A DNA stretch of 64,000 nucleotides from Candidatus Binatia bacterium. GTDB lineage: Bacteria; Desulfobacterota; Binatia; Bin18. Location of the stretch: assembly GCA_963664395.2 (NCBI GenBank), contig OY761159.2, forward strand, positions 1,792,001-1,856,000, written 5' to 3'. Below are positions 28,072-38,236 of the stretch, one piece after another (positions within the stretch are counted from its first letter, which is position 1; every line of letters begins with the position of its first letter). A model generated the notes under the pieces. It did no database searches and had not been told where the DNA came from. It saw only the letters and a program-made list of their open reading frames with translations. Made by a program: the position numbers and the translations under genes.

Positions 28072-29061
28072 ATGCACGCTGCTGAACAATCTTTTCAGCC
28101 TTTTACAGAGCGGGTCCGTCAGGAGGGCTTTGCCCTCAAACGGGCCGAGTTGGGGACCGTTCAGATCAACCTGGGCAAGCTGTGCAACCAGGCCTGCCTC
28201 CACTGTCATGTGGACGCCGGTCCGAAACGGACCGAGATCATGGCGCCGCGGACGGCCGAACTGGCCCTTGATCTCATCCGCGCGGCCAAGGCTCGAACGG
28301 TTGATCTGACCGGCGGCGCGCCTGAGCTGAACCCATCCTTCCGTTTTCTGGTTGAGCAAAACCGCCAAGACGGCCGGCACGTGCTGGACCGTTGTAATCT
28401 GACCGTCCTGTTTGAGTCCGGCCAGGAAGACCTGGCTGAGTTCCTGGCTGAACACCAAGTTGAAATCTTTGCCAGCCTGCCCTGCTACTCAGAAGAGAAT
28501 GTCTCGGCGCAACGCGGCCACGGTGTCTACGAGAAATCCATTGCCGCCCTCCGAAAATTGAATGCCCTCAGCTATGGGCGGGCAGGTTCGGGCTTGGTCC
28601 TCAATCTTGTCTATAATCCGGTTGGCGTTCACCTGCCGCCGCCTCAGCAAAACTTGGAGGCGGATTATAAACGAGAACTCGGCGAACGCTTTGGGTTGAC
28701 GTTCAATAATCTCTTGACGATTACGAATATGCCCATCGCCCGCTTTGCCCATAGCCTGGAGCGAGATGGCAAGCTGGCCGAATACATGGGGCTGCTTGCG
28801 CATGCCTTTAATCCGGCCACACTTGACAGCCTGATGTGCCGCCACCTGGTGAGCATCTCCTGGGATGGCTATGTGTATGACTGCGATTTTAACCAGATGC
28901 TCGATCTGCGGCTGGGCAACGGCACCCCCCTGCGTTTAGGCGAACACTCCGCCGCCAGTCTCGTCCGGCAGCTCATCGGTCGGGACATTCGTCTGGATTC
29001 CCATTGCTACGGCTGCACCGCCGGCGCGGGCAGCTCCTGCGGCGGAGCGCTGGCGGAATAG
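28072..29061 (+). CDS. arsS: Arsenosugar biosynthesis radical SAM protein
   Basis: QINLGKLCNQACLHCHVDAGP (CxxxCxxC), DLTGGAPELNP, YDCDFNQML and HCYGCTAGAGSSCGG. Confidence 0.92.
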   Translation: MHAAEQSFQPFTERVRQEGFALKRAELGTVQINLGKLCNQACLHCHVDAGPKRTEIMAPRTAELALDLIRAAKARTVDLTGGAPELNPSFRFLVEQNRQDGRHVLDRCNLTVLFESGQEDLAEFLAEHQVEIFASLPCYSEENVSAQRGHGVYEKSIAALRKLNALSYGRAGSGLVLNLVYNPVGVHLPPPQQNLEADYKRELGERFGLTFNNLLTITNMPIARFAHSLERDGKLAEYMGLLAHAFNPATLDSLMCRHLVSISWDGYVYDCDFNQMLDLRLGNGTPLRLGEHSAASLVRQLIGRDIRLDSHCYGCTAGAGSSCGGALAE

Positions 29062-29075
29062 GGCTCGGAACCTTC

Positions 29076-29182
29076 TCAGGAACGTGTATAGTTTTTCGCG
29101 TACTCCGGGAGAGCGATGTCAGCCCGAAGTTGCGGATCAGCGACCGGCTATTGCGGCACCAGGTATAACGACAGCTCTCCCG
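29076..29182 (-). repeat. Displaced, diverged copy of the 3' end of the 29830-30483 gene
   Basis: Direct repeat of 29830-29936 (offset 754), 92/107 identical by manual alignment; contains a Q-to-TAG stop. Confidence 0.9.
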
Positions 29183-29185
29183 TGA

Positions 29186-29821
29186 TCAAACGGAAGCCTT
29201 TTTTGCGAGCTGCGCCAGCGTCAGCTCGCTCAATTCATGCGCAATAGGGTCAGCCTGCGTGGCGAGACGTTGAGCCACAGCCTGTTGATCTTCGAGCGAT
29301 CTGTTCTGACCAAGTTTGAATTTTCCTTCAATGCGCGTGATATCGATCACAAATCCGACAATGGCCTTGAGCAGCTTTTGCTTAAAGTCCACCGGAATAT
29401 TCCCTGGCCACGGTTGTGGCATCCCAGACTCATAGACAGCGGTGAGGCGGTCAACCAAAGTAGCGAGCCGTTCACCGTCCTCGATAATGCGAGGCACGCC
29501 ATATACGTGCACCGCTGCATAATTCCAGGTTGGAACGGCGGGTGCAGTCTCGTACCAACTCGGGGATATATAGGCGTGCGGTCCTTGAAATATAACAAGC
29601 ACCTCCTGACCACCCTCGAAAGTTCGCCATTGCGGATTGGCCCGCGCCATGTGGCCAAGCAGTGCCCCTTGCGCTGACGTGTTGGGATCAAGCAGGAACG
29701 GCAGATGGGTCGCAAAGGGGCGTCCATCTACGGTGTTCACCAACGTGGCAAAGCTGTATTGCTCGATAAAACTCTGTAGCTGCTCGGGGTCTGAAACCAC
29801 AAATGCTTTTGGACGGTACAT
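29186..29821 (-). CDS. FMN-binding negative transcriptional regulator (PaiB family)
   Basis: MYRPKAF, GHMARANPQW, GPHAYISPSWY, VPTWNY and KFKLGQNR. Confidence 0.92.
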   Translation of the reverse strand: MYRPKAFVVSDPEQLQSFIEQYSFATLVNTVDGRPFATHLPFLLDPNTSAQGALLGHMARANPQWRTFEGGQEVLVIFQGPHAYISPSWYETAPAVPTWNYAAVHVYGVPRIIEDGERLATLVDRLTAVYESGMPQPWPGNIPVDFKQKLLKAIVGFVIDITRIEGKFKLGQNRSLEDQQAVAQRLATQADPIAHELSELTLAQLAKKASV

Positions 29822-29829
29822 AATTCCCC

Positions 29830-30483
29830 TCAGGGGCGCTTATAGTTTTTCGCGTACTCCGGCAGAGCGATATCGGCCCGGAGTTGCGGGTCGGCGACCG
29901 GCTGTTGCGGCACCAGGTGCAACGGCAGCTCACCCGCCCAGCAGTTGAGCTGATAATCTTCCTCCGTATCGACTGGTGGCCCGGTGCGGACTTTTGCCGA
30001 CACTTCCTCTAAGGGCACCCGGATTACGCTGGTGGCCTTCAGTTCCTGAGCCGACGGTTCGCGGACGTCATCCCAGCGTTCGGGCATGACGTGATCGACA
30101 ATGGCTTTGAGGGCAACCTGCTTTTCGTCCGGGTCGGTGACTTCCGTGGCTTGGCCGAGAATCACCACGGAGCGATAATTTATCGAATGATGAAAAGCCG
30201 AACGAGCCAGCACCAGACCGTCCATCAGGGTAACCGTGACGCAGACCGGCAGACTCCCCCCAATCGTGCGCAGCATTCGGCTCGCAGCCGAACCGTGGAC
30301 ATACAGACGATCCTCAATATGCGCGTAGATCGTCGGGATCACATACGGCTGGCCGTCAACGCTGAAGCCGACATGACAGTACAAGCCTTCCGCCAAAATG
30401 GCCTCAACGACTGTGGCATCGTATGACGCGCGCTCCGGCATGCGGCGTAGTCGGGTTCGCTCGGTTCTCTCAAACTGAGGCAT
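29830..30483 (-). CDS. Pyridoxamine 5'-phosphate oxidase family (NimA-like) flavin-nucleotide-binding protein
   Basis: 'CHVGF..DGQPYVIPT', 'HGSAASRML', 'DGLVLARSAFHHSINYRSVV' and 'SAKVRTGPP'. Confidence 0.9.
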   Translation of the reverse strand: MPQFERTERTRLRRMPERASYDATVVEAILAEGLYCHVGFSVDGQPYVIPTIYAHIEDRLYVHGSAASRMLRTIGGSLPVCVTVTLMDGLVLARSAFHHSINYRSVVILGQATEVTDPDEKQVALKAIVDHVMPERWDDVREPSAQELKATSVIRVPLEEVSAKVRTGPPVDTEEDYQLNCWAGELPLHLVPQQPVADPQLRADIALPEYAKNYKRP

Positions 30484-30596
30484 GGCTATTCACCTTTCTT
30501 TTATTGGTGCAGACGTGTTCCTCATATACCATATCTCTCGACAGCGCCCTGAGAGAAGCGTTAGAAGAAGATGTAAAAGCACACAGGAGGGGACAG

Positions 30597-31355
30597 ATGA
30601 GCCAATTGGAAGATTATGCCAATAAGTACGAGACAATGAAAATGCAGCGTCGCAACGGCATTCTCGAAGTCACCTTTCACGTCAACGATGGGCCGCTGGT
30701 CTGGAATGAACCGGTCCACCGCGAAATCGGCCACGCCTGCGTTGATATCGGAGCCGACCCGGAGAATAAAGTCGTTATTCTGGCCGGAACGGGCGACAGC
30801 TATTGTGCGGATATCGATTTTGCCAGCTTTGGCGACAGCCTGGGTACGCCGCGCGGCTGGGACACCGTGTATTGGGAAGGCAAGCGTCTGCTGATGAATC
30901 TGCTCGACATTCCCGTGCCGATGATATCCGCAGTCAACGGGCCGGCGCTCATCCATGCCGAGATCCCCGTGCTGTGCGATATCGTCCTGGCGTCCGAGAC
31001 CGCGGCGTTTCAGGACGCTCCACATTTTCCAAACGGCATTGTGCCGGGTGACGGCGTCCATCTGGTTTGGCCACTACTTTTGGGCGCGAATCGGGGGCGC
31101 TATTTTCTCCTGACCGGGCAAAAGCTGTCCGCCCAGGAGGCGCTCAGCCTTGGGGTGGTGAATGAGGTGCTGCCACCGGATCAACTGTCCGCTCGCGCCT
31201 GGGAGCTGGCCGAACAACTGGCCAAACAGCCCCCGCTGACGCTACGGTATGCACGCATCTCCATTACCCATCAGATCAAAAAGCTGATGCTCGACGGTCT
31301 GGGCTATGGGCTGGCTCTGGAAGGCATGGCCGTTATGGATATGCAAAAGGGATAA
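30597..31355 (+). CDS. Enoyl-CoA hydratase/isomerase family protein
   Basis: 'PMISAVNGPA', 'VPGDGVH', 'GRYFLLTGQKLSAQEAL.LG.VNEV'; RBS aggaggg. Confidence 0.9.
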   Translation: MSQLEDYANKYETMKMQRRNGILEVTFHVNDGPLVWNEPVHREIGHACVDIGADPENKVVILAGTGDSYCADIDFASFGDSLGTPRGWDTVYWEGKRLLMNLLDIPVPMISAVNGPALIHAEIPVLCDIVLASETAAFQDAPHFPNGIVPGDGVHLVWPLLLGANRGRYFLLTGQKLSAQEALSLGVVNEVLPPDQLSARAWELAEQLAKQPPLTLRYARISITHQIKKLMLDGLGYGLALEGMAVMDMQKG

Positions 31356-31375
31356 CAGGCCGCGTTGCGACACCC

Positions 31376-31429
31376 GTAGGGGCGGTTCGTGAACCGCCCG
31401 TGGGGCCGCGCGGCCTGCCGTGCCCCTAC
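31376..31429. repeat. GTAG-type REP palindromes
   Basis: GTAGGGGCGGTTCGTGAACCGCCC followed by a second unit ending GCCCCTAC; same family as the copies at 33967 and 34059. Confidence 0.7.
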
Positions 31430-31713
31430 TCCGATTCTGCAGGCAACGAAACCGGCTTGTCCAATTCGCGTTTGTACTCAGCACACTCGGCGGCGTCGGC
31501 ACTCCCGTGCTCGACCCGACACTGCCGATACTGCTCCTCCAGTTCCGCCCGCCCGCCCAATATCCGGGCAAGCCGTGGGTCACGCCGCGACTCGGTAAAA
31601 GACATCGCATGCTGAAGCGTCTGGCAGCCTGCGAGGAGAACTCCAACTGCCATGACTGCTCCCATAAGTCGCAGCCGCAACCGCCTGTTCACTCTGTTCG
31701 TGTAAAATCGCAT
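31426..31713 (-). CDS. Hypothetical lipoprotein
   Basis: Hydrophobic stretch ending in lipobox LLAGC; Cys pair downstream; start uncertain. Confidence 0.5.
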   Translation of the reverse strand: MRFYTNRVNRRLRLRLMGAVMAVGVLLAGCQTLQHAMSFTESRRDPRLARILGGRAELEEQYRQCRVEHGSADAAECAEYKRELDKPVSLPAESE

Positions 31714-31844
31714 AATAGGCCGTAGGGTCGTTCTGATGTATTTGTATCGAAACAGATGGGAGTCGCAAAGAGCCTGTCTCTTCTCTTGACCCCCTGTGAG
31801 GCGTTCGGTAGTCTTCGTCCTCAGAGCTTGAGGGAGTCTGAGTC

Positions 31845-32648
31845 ATGCGATCATATCTCGCCGCCGCAATTCAAATGACCGCGTCCGCTTCAAAAGAAGA
31901 GAATCTGGCCAAGGCCGAGACGTTCGTGCGCCTGGCCGCAGAACGGGGTGCCGCCCTAGTCGTACTGCCCGAGGTCTTTTCCTGGCGTGGCCGGCATAAA
32001 AAAGAGCCGGAACAGGTCGAGGCCATCCCCGGTCCGACCACACACCGCCTCCAGGATTTGGCAACCCAACTCGGGATTCACCTGTTGGCCGGCTCCTTCC
32101 TCGAAAAATCGGACGAAGTCCGCGCCTATAATACCAGCCTGCTGATCAACCCGCAGGGCGAGCTGCTGGCCCAGTACCGCAAGATCCACCTCTTTGATGT
32201 TGATATCCCAGGCCAGGTCAGCATCAAAGAGTCCGCCAGCATGAAGCCGGGAGAAGAAGTCGTCGTCGCCTCCACGCCGCTCGGCACAATAGGGCTGTCA
32301 GTCTGCTACGATCTCCGTTTCCCGGAACTCTATCGGGGGCTCTCCCGCAAGGGCGCAGAAATCATTTCCGTTCCCTCCGCGTTTACCTTTCCGACCGGCG
32401 CGGCCCATTGGGAAGCCCTCCTGCGGGCGCGGGCCATTGAGAACCAAGTGTATCTCATTGCGCCGAACCAGATCGGGAAAAACGTGTATGGCTTCGCCGA
32501 TTATGGTAACTCCATGATTATTGACCCGTGGGGCAAGATTATTGCCCGGGCGCCCGACAGAGAGTGTTTTATTACCGCAGAGATTGATCTCGATTATCTG
32601 GAAAAAGTAAGGAAGGAATTGCCGTGCCTCGCGCATCAACGGCTCTAG
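31845..32648 (+). CDS. Carbon-nitrogen hydrolase (Nit1/deaminated glutathione amidase-like)
   Basis: LPE, YRKIHLFD, VCYDLRFPE and RARAIENQ catalytic triad motifs. Confidence 0.92.
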   Translation: MRSYLAAAIQMTASASKEENLAKAETFVRLAAERGAALVVLPEVFSWRGRHKKEPEQVEAIPGPTTHRLQDLATQLGIHLLAGSFLEKSDEVRAYNTSLLINPQGELLAQYRKIHLFDVDIPGQVSIKESASMKPGEEVVVASTPLGTIGLSVCYDLRFPELYRGLSRKGAEIISVPSAFTFPTGAAHWEALLRARAIENQVYLIAPNQIGKNVYGFADYGNSMIIDPWGKIIARAPDRECFITAEIDLDYLEKVRKELPCLAHQRL

Positions 32649-33913
32649 CCCCGGCCCCGGTCAAAGCCTTTTTTCGGGTCGTGACCTCCGAGGAAGCGCG
32701 CATCCAGCTTGCCGCCTTTGCGCCACAGACCAAAAGCGAAAATATTCCGGTGCTCAACGCATGCGGACGGACGCTGGCTACTGCCTTGACTTCGCCGGTC
32801 GATCTGCCTCATTTCAACCGGACGAATATGGACGGCTATGCGGTCCGGGCCCAGGATACCTTTGGGGCGTCGGCCAGTCTGCCGGCCTATCTGAAACTCG
32901 TTGGGACCATCGAGATGGGCTCGGAAGCGAAACGCCGGCTCAAGAAGGGCGAGACCATGCGGATTGCGACCGGCGGTATGCTCCCGCCCGGCGCGAACTC
33001 CATGGTCATGGTGGAATACACCGAAGAGCTGGGCGACAGTACGGTCGAGGTCTTACGCAGTGTCTCGCCGTGGGAAAATATTCTCCGCGTTGGCGAGGAT
33101 ATCAAAAAGAAGAAGTCGATTTTTCCGGCCGGGCGGCGCCTGCGCGCGCACGATATCGGAGCCCTCACCGGGGTGGGGATTACGAAAGTTCCGGTCTATA
33201 AACGCCCGACCGTTGCGTTGATTTCCACTGGAGATGAAATCGTTCCCCCTTCAAGCTCACCCCGACCCGGCCAAATCCGGAATGTGAACCAATACTCTCT
33301 CCACGCCATGATTACCGAATGTGGCGGGACCGTGACGGACCTGGGTGTCATCAGAGATGATGCTCAGGCATTTACGAAGGCTCTGGCTACAGCGCTGAAA
33401 GTCGCCGATGTCGTGATGGTTTCCGGTGGCAGTTCGGTAGGAATCAAAGATATGGCGCTTGATGTCATCTGTTCATTCCCACGCTCGGAACTGTTCTTTC
33501 ACGGTATTTCCATTGCGCCGGGCAAGCCAACGATCTTTGCCCGCGCAGCCGGTAAGCCGGTCATGGGTCTGCCCGGTCACCCGGTGTCGGCGCTGGTCGT
33601 CTTTGCCCTCTTTGGCGCGCCGCTCGTTCGGATGATAGGCGGAGAGTCCGCCCACACGGCCTTTGTGCCGCTGCGCACGACCCGAGCCCGGCTGGCCCAA
33701 AACATTGCCTCTGCCCCCGGACGGGAGGATTACGTCCGGGTCAGGCTGCAAAACGCCTCCCCAAATGGAGAGCGGGGCTCCCAGCTTGCCCAGCCGCTGC
33801 CCGGCAAATCCGGCGCGATCTTCAGCTTGGTGCAAGCCGACGGCATGGTGTGCATTCCGCATAATGAAGAAGGGCGAGAAGCTGGAGAAGAAGTTGAAGT
33901 GATTCTGTTCTAA
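32624..33913 (+). CDS. moeA: Molybdopterin molybdotransferase MoeA
   Basis: MDGYAVRA.DT, IATGG.LP, STGDEI, SGGSSVG and GLPGHPVS. Confidence 0.93.
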   Translation: MPRASTALAPAPVKAFFRVVTSEEARIQLAAFAPQTKSENIPVLNACGRTLATALTSPVDLPHFNRTNMDGYAVRAQDTFGASASLPAYLKLVGTIEMGSEAKRRLKKGETMRIATGGMLPPGANSMVMVEYTEELGDSTVEVLRSVSPWENILRVGEDIKKKKSIFPAGRRLRAHDIGALTGVGITKVPVYKRPTVALISTGDEIVPPSSSPRPGQIRNVNQYSLHAMITECGGTVTDLGVIRDDAQAFTKALATALKVADVVMVSGGSSVGIKDMALDVICSFPRSELFFHGISIAPGKPTIFARAAGKPVMGLPGHPVSALVVFALFGAPLVRMIGGESAHTAFVPLRTTRARLAQNIASAPGREDYVRVRLQNASPNGERGSQLAQPLPGKSGAIFSLVQADGMVCIPHNEEGREAGEEVEVILF

Positions 33914-33920
33914 TGAAGAA

Positions 33921-34082
33921 CCCCTCACCCTAGCCCTCTCCCCTAAGGGGCGAGGGAACGAGAAACGTAGGGGCAATCCCCTGTGGTTGCCCGGTCCCCC
34001 GGAGACCGTCGGTCGCATGGATTGCACCCCACTTCCAAGGGACGAGGGCATGAAAAACGTAGGGGCAATTCATGAATTGCCC
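33921..34082. repeat. Cluster of REP-like palindromes
   Basis: CCCCTCACCCTAGCCCTCTCCCCTAAGGGGCGAGGG (33921), GTAGGGGCAATCCCCTGTGGTTGCCC (33967) and GTAGGGGCAATTCATGAATTGCCC (34059). Confidence 0.75.
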
Positions 34083-34097
34083 GTGAGAGCGACCCAC

Positions 34098-36071
34098 ATG
34101 CACGGACAACACACCGTCCCAACCGACCGCAAGCGTTATCTCAAAAAGAAATCGTTGGCAGACGCCCTCGACATTTTTCTTAGCGCCGTACCACCCAATC
34201 CGAAAACCGAACGCGTCCCGGTCGAAAAAGCACTCCACCGCACAACAGCCGAACCCATTTTTGCCGTCCTGTCCGCCCCGCATTACCACGGCGCAGCCAT
34301 GGATGGCATTGCCGTGCGAGCTGAGGATACTTTTGGAGCAAGTGAGTTCTCTCCGCTGACGCTCAGGCGGATCGCAAAAGATGACACGCCGCGCCAGAAG
34401 AAGAAAGGCGCTTCCGCCCAGCCCCCGTTTCAGTATGTCGATACCGGCAACCCCCTTCCAACCTGGGCCAATGCGGTCGTCATGATTGAACGGGTGTTTA
34501 GAAAAAGTGACACCGAAGTGGAGATTCGTGACTCTTCAACGCCGTGGCAGCACATCCGCCTCGTCGGCGAGGATATTGTTGCCACAGAGCCGCTGCTGCC
34601 ACGCAGCCATAAGCTCCGGCCGTACGACCTTGGTGCGCTACTGGCCGCCGGCCACACGGCAATTCCAGTCATTGTGCCCCCAACGGTCGGCATTATTCCA
34701 ACCGGCTCCGAACTGATTGAACCCGGCGACCCGGCCGAGCCGGGCCAAATTATTGAATTCAATTCCCGCGTTACCGGGGCTTTTGTTGAAGAGTGGGGTG
34801 GCACGCCAAGGCGTTTGCCCCGGGTCGTCGATGATCTCAAAACAATTACCCGCGCGCTGGCAAAAGCGGTCAAGCGTCATGACATCGTTGTTATCATCGC
34901 CGGCTCCTCGGCCGGCGAGCATGACTTTACGCTGCGAGCCTTGGAGTCGCTGGGCGAAGTCCTGGTCCACGGCATTGATGTCATGCCAGGCAAGCCCGCG
35001 ATTCTGGCGGTTATTGACGGCACGCCGATCATCGGCCTGCCCGGCTATCCGGTTTCTGCGGTCGTTATCTGTCAGCAGGTCCTGCGCAAACTGATCGCCC
35101 ATTCTCTCGGTCGGCTCGCAGAAGAGCCCCACAAGATCACGGCGGTCCTGCCACGCAAGGTTCCGTCGCGGCTCGGCCTGGAAGAGTTTGTACGGGTGAA
35201 CCTCGGTCAGGTTGGAGACAAGATCGTTGCCAACCCAATCGGACGCGGAGCCGGGGTCATCACGACCATGGTCAAAGCCGATGGGGTGTTGCGCATTCCG
35301 TCCTTGGACGAAGGGTTGAACGCCGGCGCACAGGTGCAGATCGAACTCTTACGACCAGCAGAGGAAATCGCCAACACGATTTTGTTTACCGGCAGTAACG
35401 ACCTGACCATCGGCGTCCTTGACGACCAACTCCGCGCCCAGCATCCGGGTCTCAAAATATCGGCCAGCAATATCGGTTCACTCGGCGGCCTGGTCGCCCT
35501 GAGACGGGGGGAAGCCCATATTATTGGTACGCATCTGCTTGATCCTGCCACAGGGGTGTATAATCTGCCCGACCTCAAAAAGCAGCGGCTGCTCACCAAG
35601 TCCGTTGTGATGAATCTGGTCATTCGGGAACAGGGCCTGATTGTTCCGCAAGGCAATCCCAGGAAGATCAAAAACCTCAGAGACCTCACGCGAAAAGACA
35701 TTACTTTTATCAATCGCCAGCCCGGCGCCGGCACACGCGTCCTGCTGGACTACAAGCTCGGAAAACTCCGTATCAAGCCGGAACGCATCAACGGCTACGA
35801 ACGCGAAGAAACCACCCATATGGCGGTCGCGGTGGCTATTGCCAGCGGTCTGGTGGATACCGGTCTCGGCGTCAAATCAGCCGCCAGAGCCCTAGGGCTC
35901 GACTTTGTTCCCATCGAGCGTGAGGAGTACGACCTCGTCTTTCACACAGACTTCTTCAACAGTGAAAAAGGCCGGCAGCTTGTCGCAGTCATCCGCTCCG
36001 ACTCTTTCAAACACGCCGTCGAACAACTCGACGGATACGATACGGCCAAAACCGGAACGGTCAAGGCGTAA
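34098..36071 (+). CDS. moeA: Molybdopterin biosynthesis protein MoeA fused to PBP/LysR-substrate-binding-like domain
   Basis: AMDGIAV, PTGSEL, GSSAG and GLPGYPVS, then PBP domain 'GSLGGL.ALRRGEAH..GTHLLD', 'FINRQPGAGTR' and 'THMAVA'. Confidence 0.9.
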   Translation: MHGQHTVPTDRKRYLKKKSLADALDIFLSAVPPNPKTERVPVEKALHRTTAEPIFAVLSAPHYHGAAMDGIAVRAEDTFGASEFSPLTLRRIAKDDTPRQKKKGASAQPPFQYVDTGNPLPTWANAVVMIERVFRKSDTEVEIRDSSTPWQHIRLVGEDIVATEPLLPRSHKLRPYDLGALLAAGHTAIPVIVPPTVGIIPTGSELIEPGDPAEPGQIIEFNSRVTGAFVEEWGGTPRRLPRVVDDLKTITRALAKAVKRHDIVVIIAGSSAGEHDFTLRALESLGEVLVHGIDVMPGKPAILAVIDGTPIIGLPGYPVSAVVICQQVLRKLIAHSLGRLAEEPHKITAVLPRKVPSRLGLEEFVRVNLGQVGDKIVANPIGRGAGVITTMVKADGVLRIPSLDEGLNAGAQVQIELLRPAEEIANTILFTGSNDLTIGVLDDQLRAQHPGLKISASNIGSLGGLVALRRGEAHIIGTHLLDPATGVYNLPDLKKQRLLTKSVVMNLVIREQGLIVPQGNPRKIKNLRDLTRKDITFINRQPGAGTRVLLDYKLGKLRIKPERINGYEREETTHMAVAVAIASGLVDTGLGVKSAARALGLDFVPIEREEYDLVFHTDFFNSEKGRQLVAVIRSDSFKHAVEQLDGYDTAKTGTVKA

Positions 36072-36170
36072 TCCAGCCCCCGGCTGGTGCGTGGGGCGTA
36101 CCCTACAATAATTATTCGCTCCCAGAGGGTGGCTCACTCTTTTCCCCTGGGCTGGGGGGTTGCGCTACGC

Positions 36171-37175
36171 TCACACCAGGAGCTCTCGGGCAGCGTGGGC
36201 AGCGCCGACTTGGGCCGCTTTGGGATTCAAGATGATGCGAACCGGCATATCTTGCAGGAGCCGGCTAAAGCGCCCTTTGTCCATAAAAGACCGCATAAAT
36301 AAACCAGCCGTCATTTTGGGGAGCAGCTTGGTCACGATCCCCCCGCCAATATACACCCCGCCAATACTCATCACCGTTAAGGCGAGATTGCCGGCTTGAG
36401 CCCCATACAAACTCACAAACATATCCACCGCTTCCACACAGGTCTGGCAGGTGCCGGCTACGCCGGCTTCACCGATGACTGCGGCTGCGTCTTCGGTTTG
36501 CAGGCGTGCCCGGAGGGTCTCTGCCACCGGGCGCTGTAGCACCTGATGCAAAAAATTGAAGATGCTCACCAGGCCGGGACCGGACAGAATGCGCTCACAG
36601 GACACCCGCCCGTTGTACTGCTTTCTGAGGAAGTGCAGCAACTCCACTTCCTTTTCGTCCCGAGGCGAGAAATCAACATGGCCGCCTTCCGTAGCAGCCG
36701 GCATATGGCGCTGTCCATCCCAAAAGAGAAATGCCTGCCCAAGGCCGGTTCCGGCCGCAATCACCGCACAGTTGCCACGCCGGAGTTTGCCCGTATTGAG
36801 AATCCGGACTTCATCCGCCGGCAGGAACAGGACACCATAGGCTGTTGCCTCAAGGTCGTTCATGAGCCGTACTTGGCCACCCCCTATGGCCCGGCGTATG
36901 CCGGGGGCTTCAACTTTCCACGGCAAATTTGTCGCCTCGACTGTTCCGTCAAGAACCGGCCCGGCAATACCAAATGCGCCGGCCGCTATTGATTTGTCTG
37001 CCGCCTTATAGCGAAAGTCAGCAATGACTTCCTCCAGCCCGGTATAATGCGCACTCGGAAAAGACGCTTCCCGAACGAGGGAGAGCCCTTTCCGCCCTTC
37101 AACCGCATACAGCGCATACAGGGCCAGGTTGGTCTTGGTTCCGCCAACATCACCGGCCAGGACATGGGTTGTCAT
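36171..37175 (-). CDS. glk: Glucokinase
   Basis: LAGDVGGTKT, GIAGPV, MNDLEA, AGTGLG and EGGH. Confidence 0.95.
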   Translation of the reverse strand: MTTHVLAGDVGGTKTNLALYALYAVEGRKGLSLVREASFPSAHYTGLEEVIADFRYKAADKSIAAGAFGIAGPVLDGTVEATNLPWKVEAPGIRRAIGGGQVRLMNDLEATAYGVLFLPADEVRILNTGKLRRGNCAVIAAGTGLGQAFLFWDGQRHMPAATEGGHVDFSPRDEKEVELLHFLRKQYNGRVSCERILSGPGLVSIFNFLHQVLQRPVAETLRARLQTEDAAAVIGEAGVAGTCQTCVEAVDMFVSLYGAQAGNLALTVMSIGGVYIGGGIVTKLLPKMTAGLFMRSFMDKGRFSRLLQDMPVRIILNPKAAQVGAAHAARELLV

Positions 37176-37223
37176 GACGGCTTTCTCGCATGCCGGATTG
37201 TTTCCCGCAAGTCGTACTGCGCC

Positions 37224-38198
37224 TCATGCCTGTGGCGGCTCAACGTGTCCGCCGAACTTGAAGCGCAGGGCCGATAAGACTTTCTCGGCAAAGGTATGCG
37301 ACTGGCGCGACCGAAAGCGCGCGTAGAGCGCCGCCGATAGTACGTCGGCAGGAACAGCTTCCTCAATGGCGGTCTCAATCGTCCAGCGGCCTTCGCCTGA
37401 ATCCTGGACTTCGCCGGAGAAGTCGGACAGCGCCGGGCTTTCGACCAGCGCCATGGCAGTCAAATCCAACAACCATGAGCCAACGACGCTGCCGCGGCGC
37501 CACACTTCGGCAATATCCGGCAGATTCAACTCATAGTGATATTCGAGCCCTCCGGCACCGGCACCACGCATGATATCAAAGCCTTCGGCATAGGCCTGCA
37601 TGAGCCCGTACTCGATGCCGTTATGGACCATTTTCACAAAATGTCCCGCGCCGGCTGGGCCGCAGTGCAAATAGCCCTCCTCAGCCGTGCCTTTTATATG
37701 TTCACGCCCTGGCGTTTTTGGAACGCTCCCCTCGCCGGGGGCTAAGGTACGGAAAATCGGATCGAGCCGCCGGACCGCCTCGTCCTCACCGCCGACCGTC
37801 AGGCAATAGCCGCGCTCGACCCCCCACACCCCACCGCTCGTCCCAATATCAACATAATGGAGACCTTGAGATTTGAGGGCTTTGGCGCGTCGAATGTCGT
37901 CCTTAAAATGCGAGTTCCCGCCATCGATAATAATGTCGTCCGCCTCCATTTTTTCAGCCAGGGCGTTCACCGTTTCATCCGTCGCTGCGCCAGCCGGCAG
38001 CATGACCCACACGGCGCGGGGCAGCGTGAGTTTCCAGATAAAATCCTCGAGTGAAGAAGCACCAGTCGCCCCCTCTTGCTCGAACTGTTTGACAGTATGA
38101 GGATTCCTATCAAACACCACACACGCATGCCCGCCGCGCATGAGGCGGCGCACCATATCTCCACCCATCCTGCCTAAACCAATCATACCGAGTTGCAT
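37224..38198 (-). CDS. gnd: Decarboxylating 6-phosphogluconate dehydrogenase (short form)
   Basis: [38 protein letters not shown] and FGGH. Confidence 0.95.
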   Translation of the reverse strand: MQLGMIGLGRMGGDMVRRLMRGGHACVVFDRNPHTVKQFEQEGATGASSLEDFIWKLTLPRAVWVMLPAGAATDETVNALAEKMEADDIIIDGGNSHFKDDIRRAKALKSQGLHYVDIGTSGGVWGVERGYCLTVGGEDEAVRRLDPIFRTLAPGEGSVPKTPGREHIKGTAEEGYLHCGPAGAGHFVKMVHNGIEYGLMQAYAEGFDIMRGAGAGGLEYHYELNLPDIAEVWRRGSVVGSWLLDLTAMALVESPALSDFSGEVQDSGEGRWTIETAIEEAVPADVLSAALYARFRSRQSHTFAEKVLSALRFKFGGHVEPPQA

Positions 38199-38236
38199 CG
38201 TGCTGACTCCTCTGCGTTTCAGAGGGGAAGAGGGGG

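Noticed and set aside
29076-29936. Diversity-generating retroelement VR/TR pair (also considered for 53248/58637)
   Set aside because: Mismatches are not adenine-specific on the coding strand; they are mostly C/T transitions at synonymous sites. No reverse transcriptase is present in the window.
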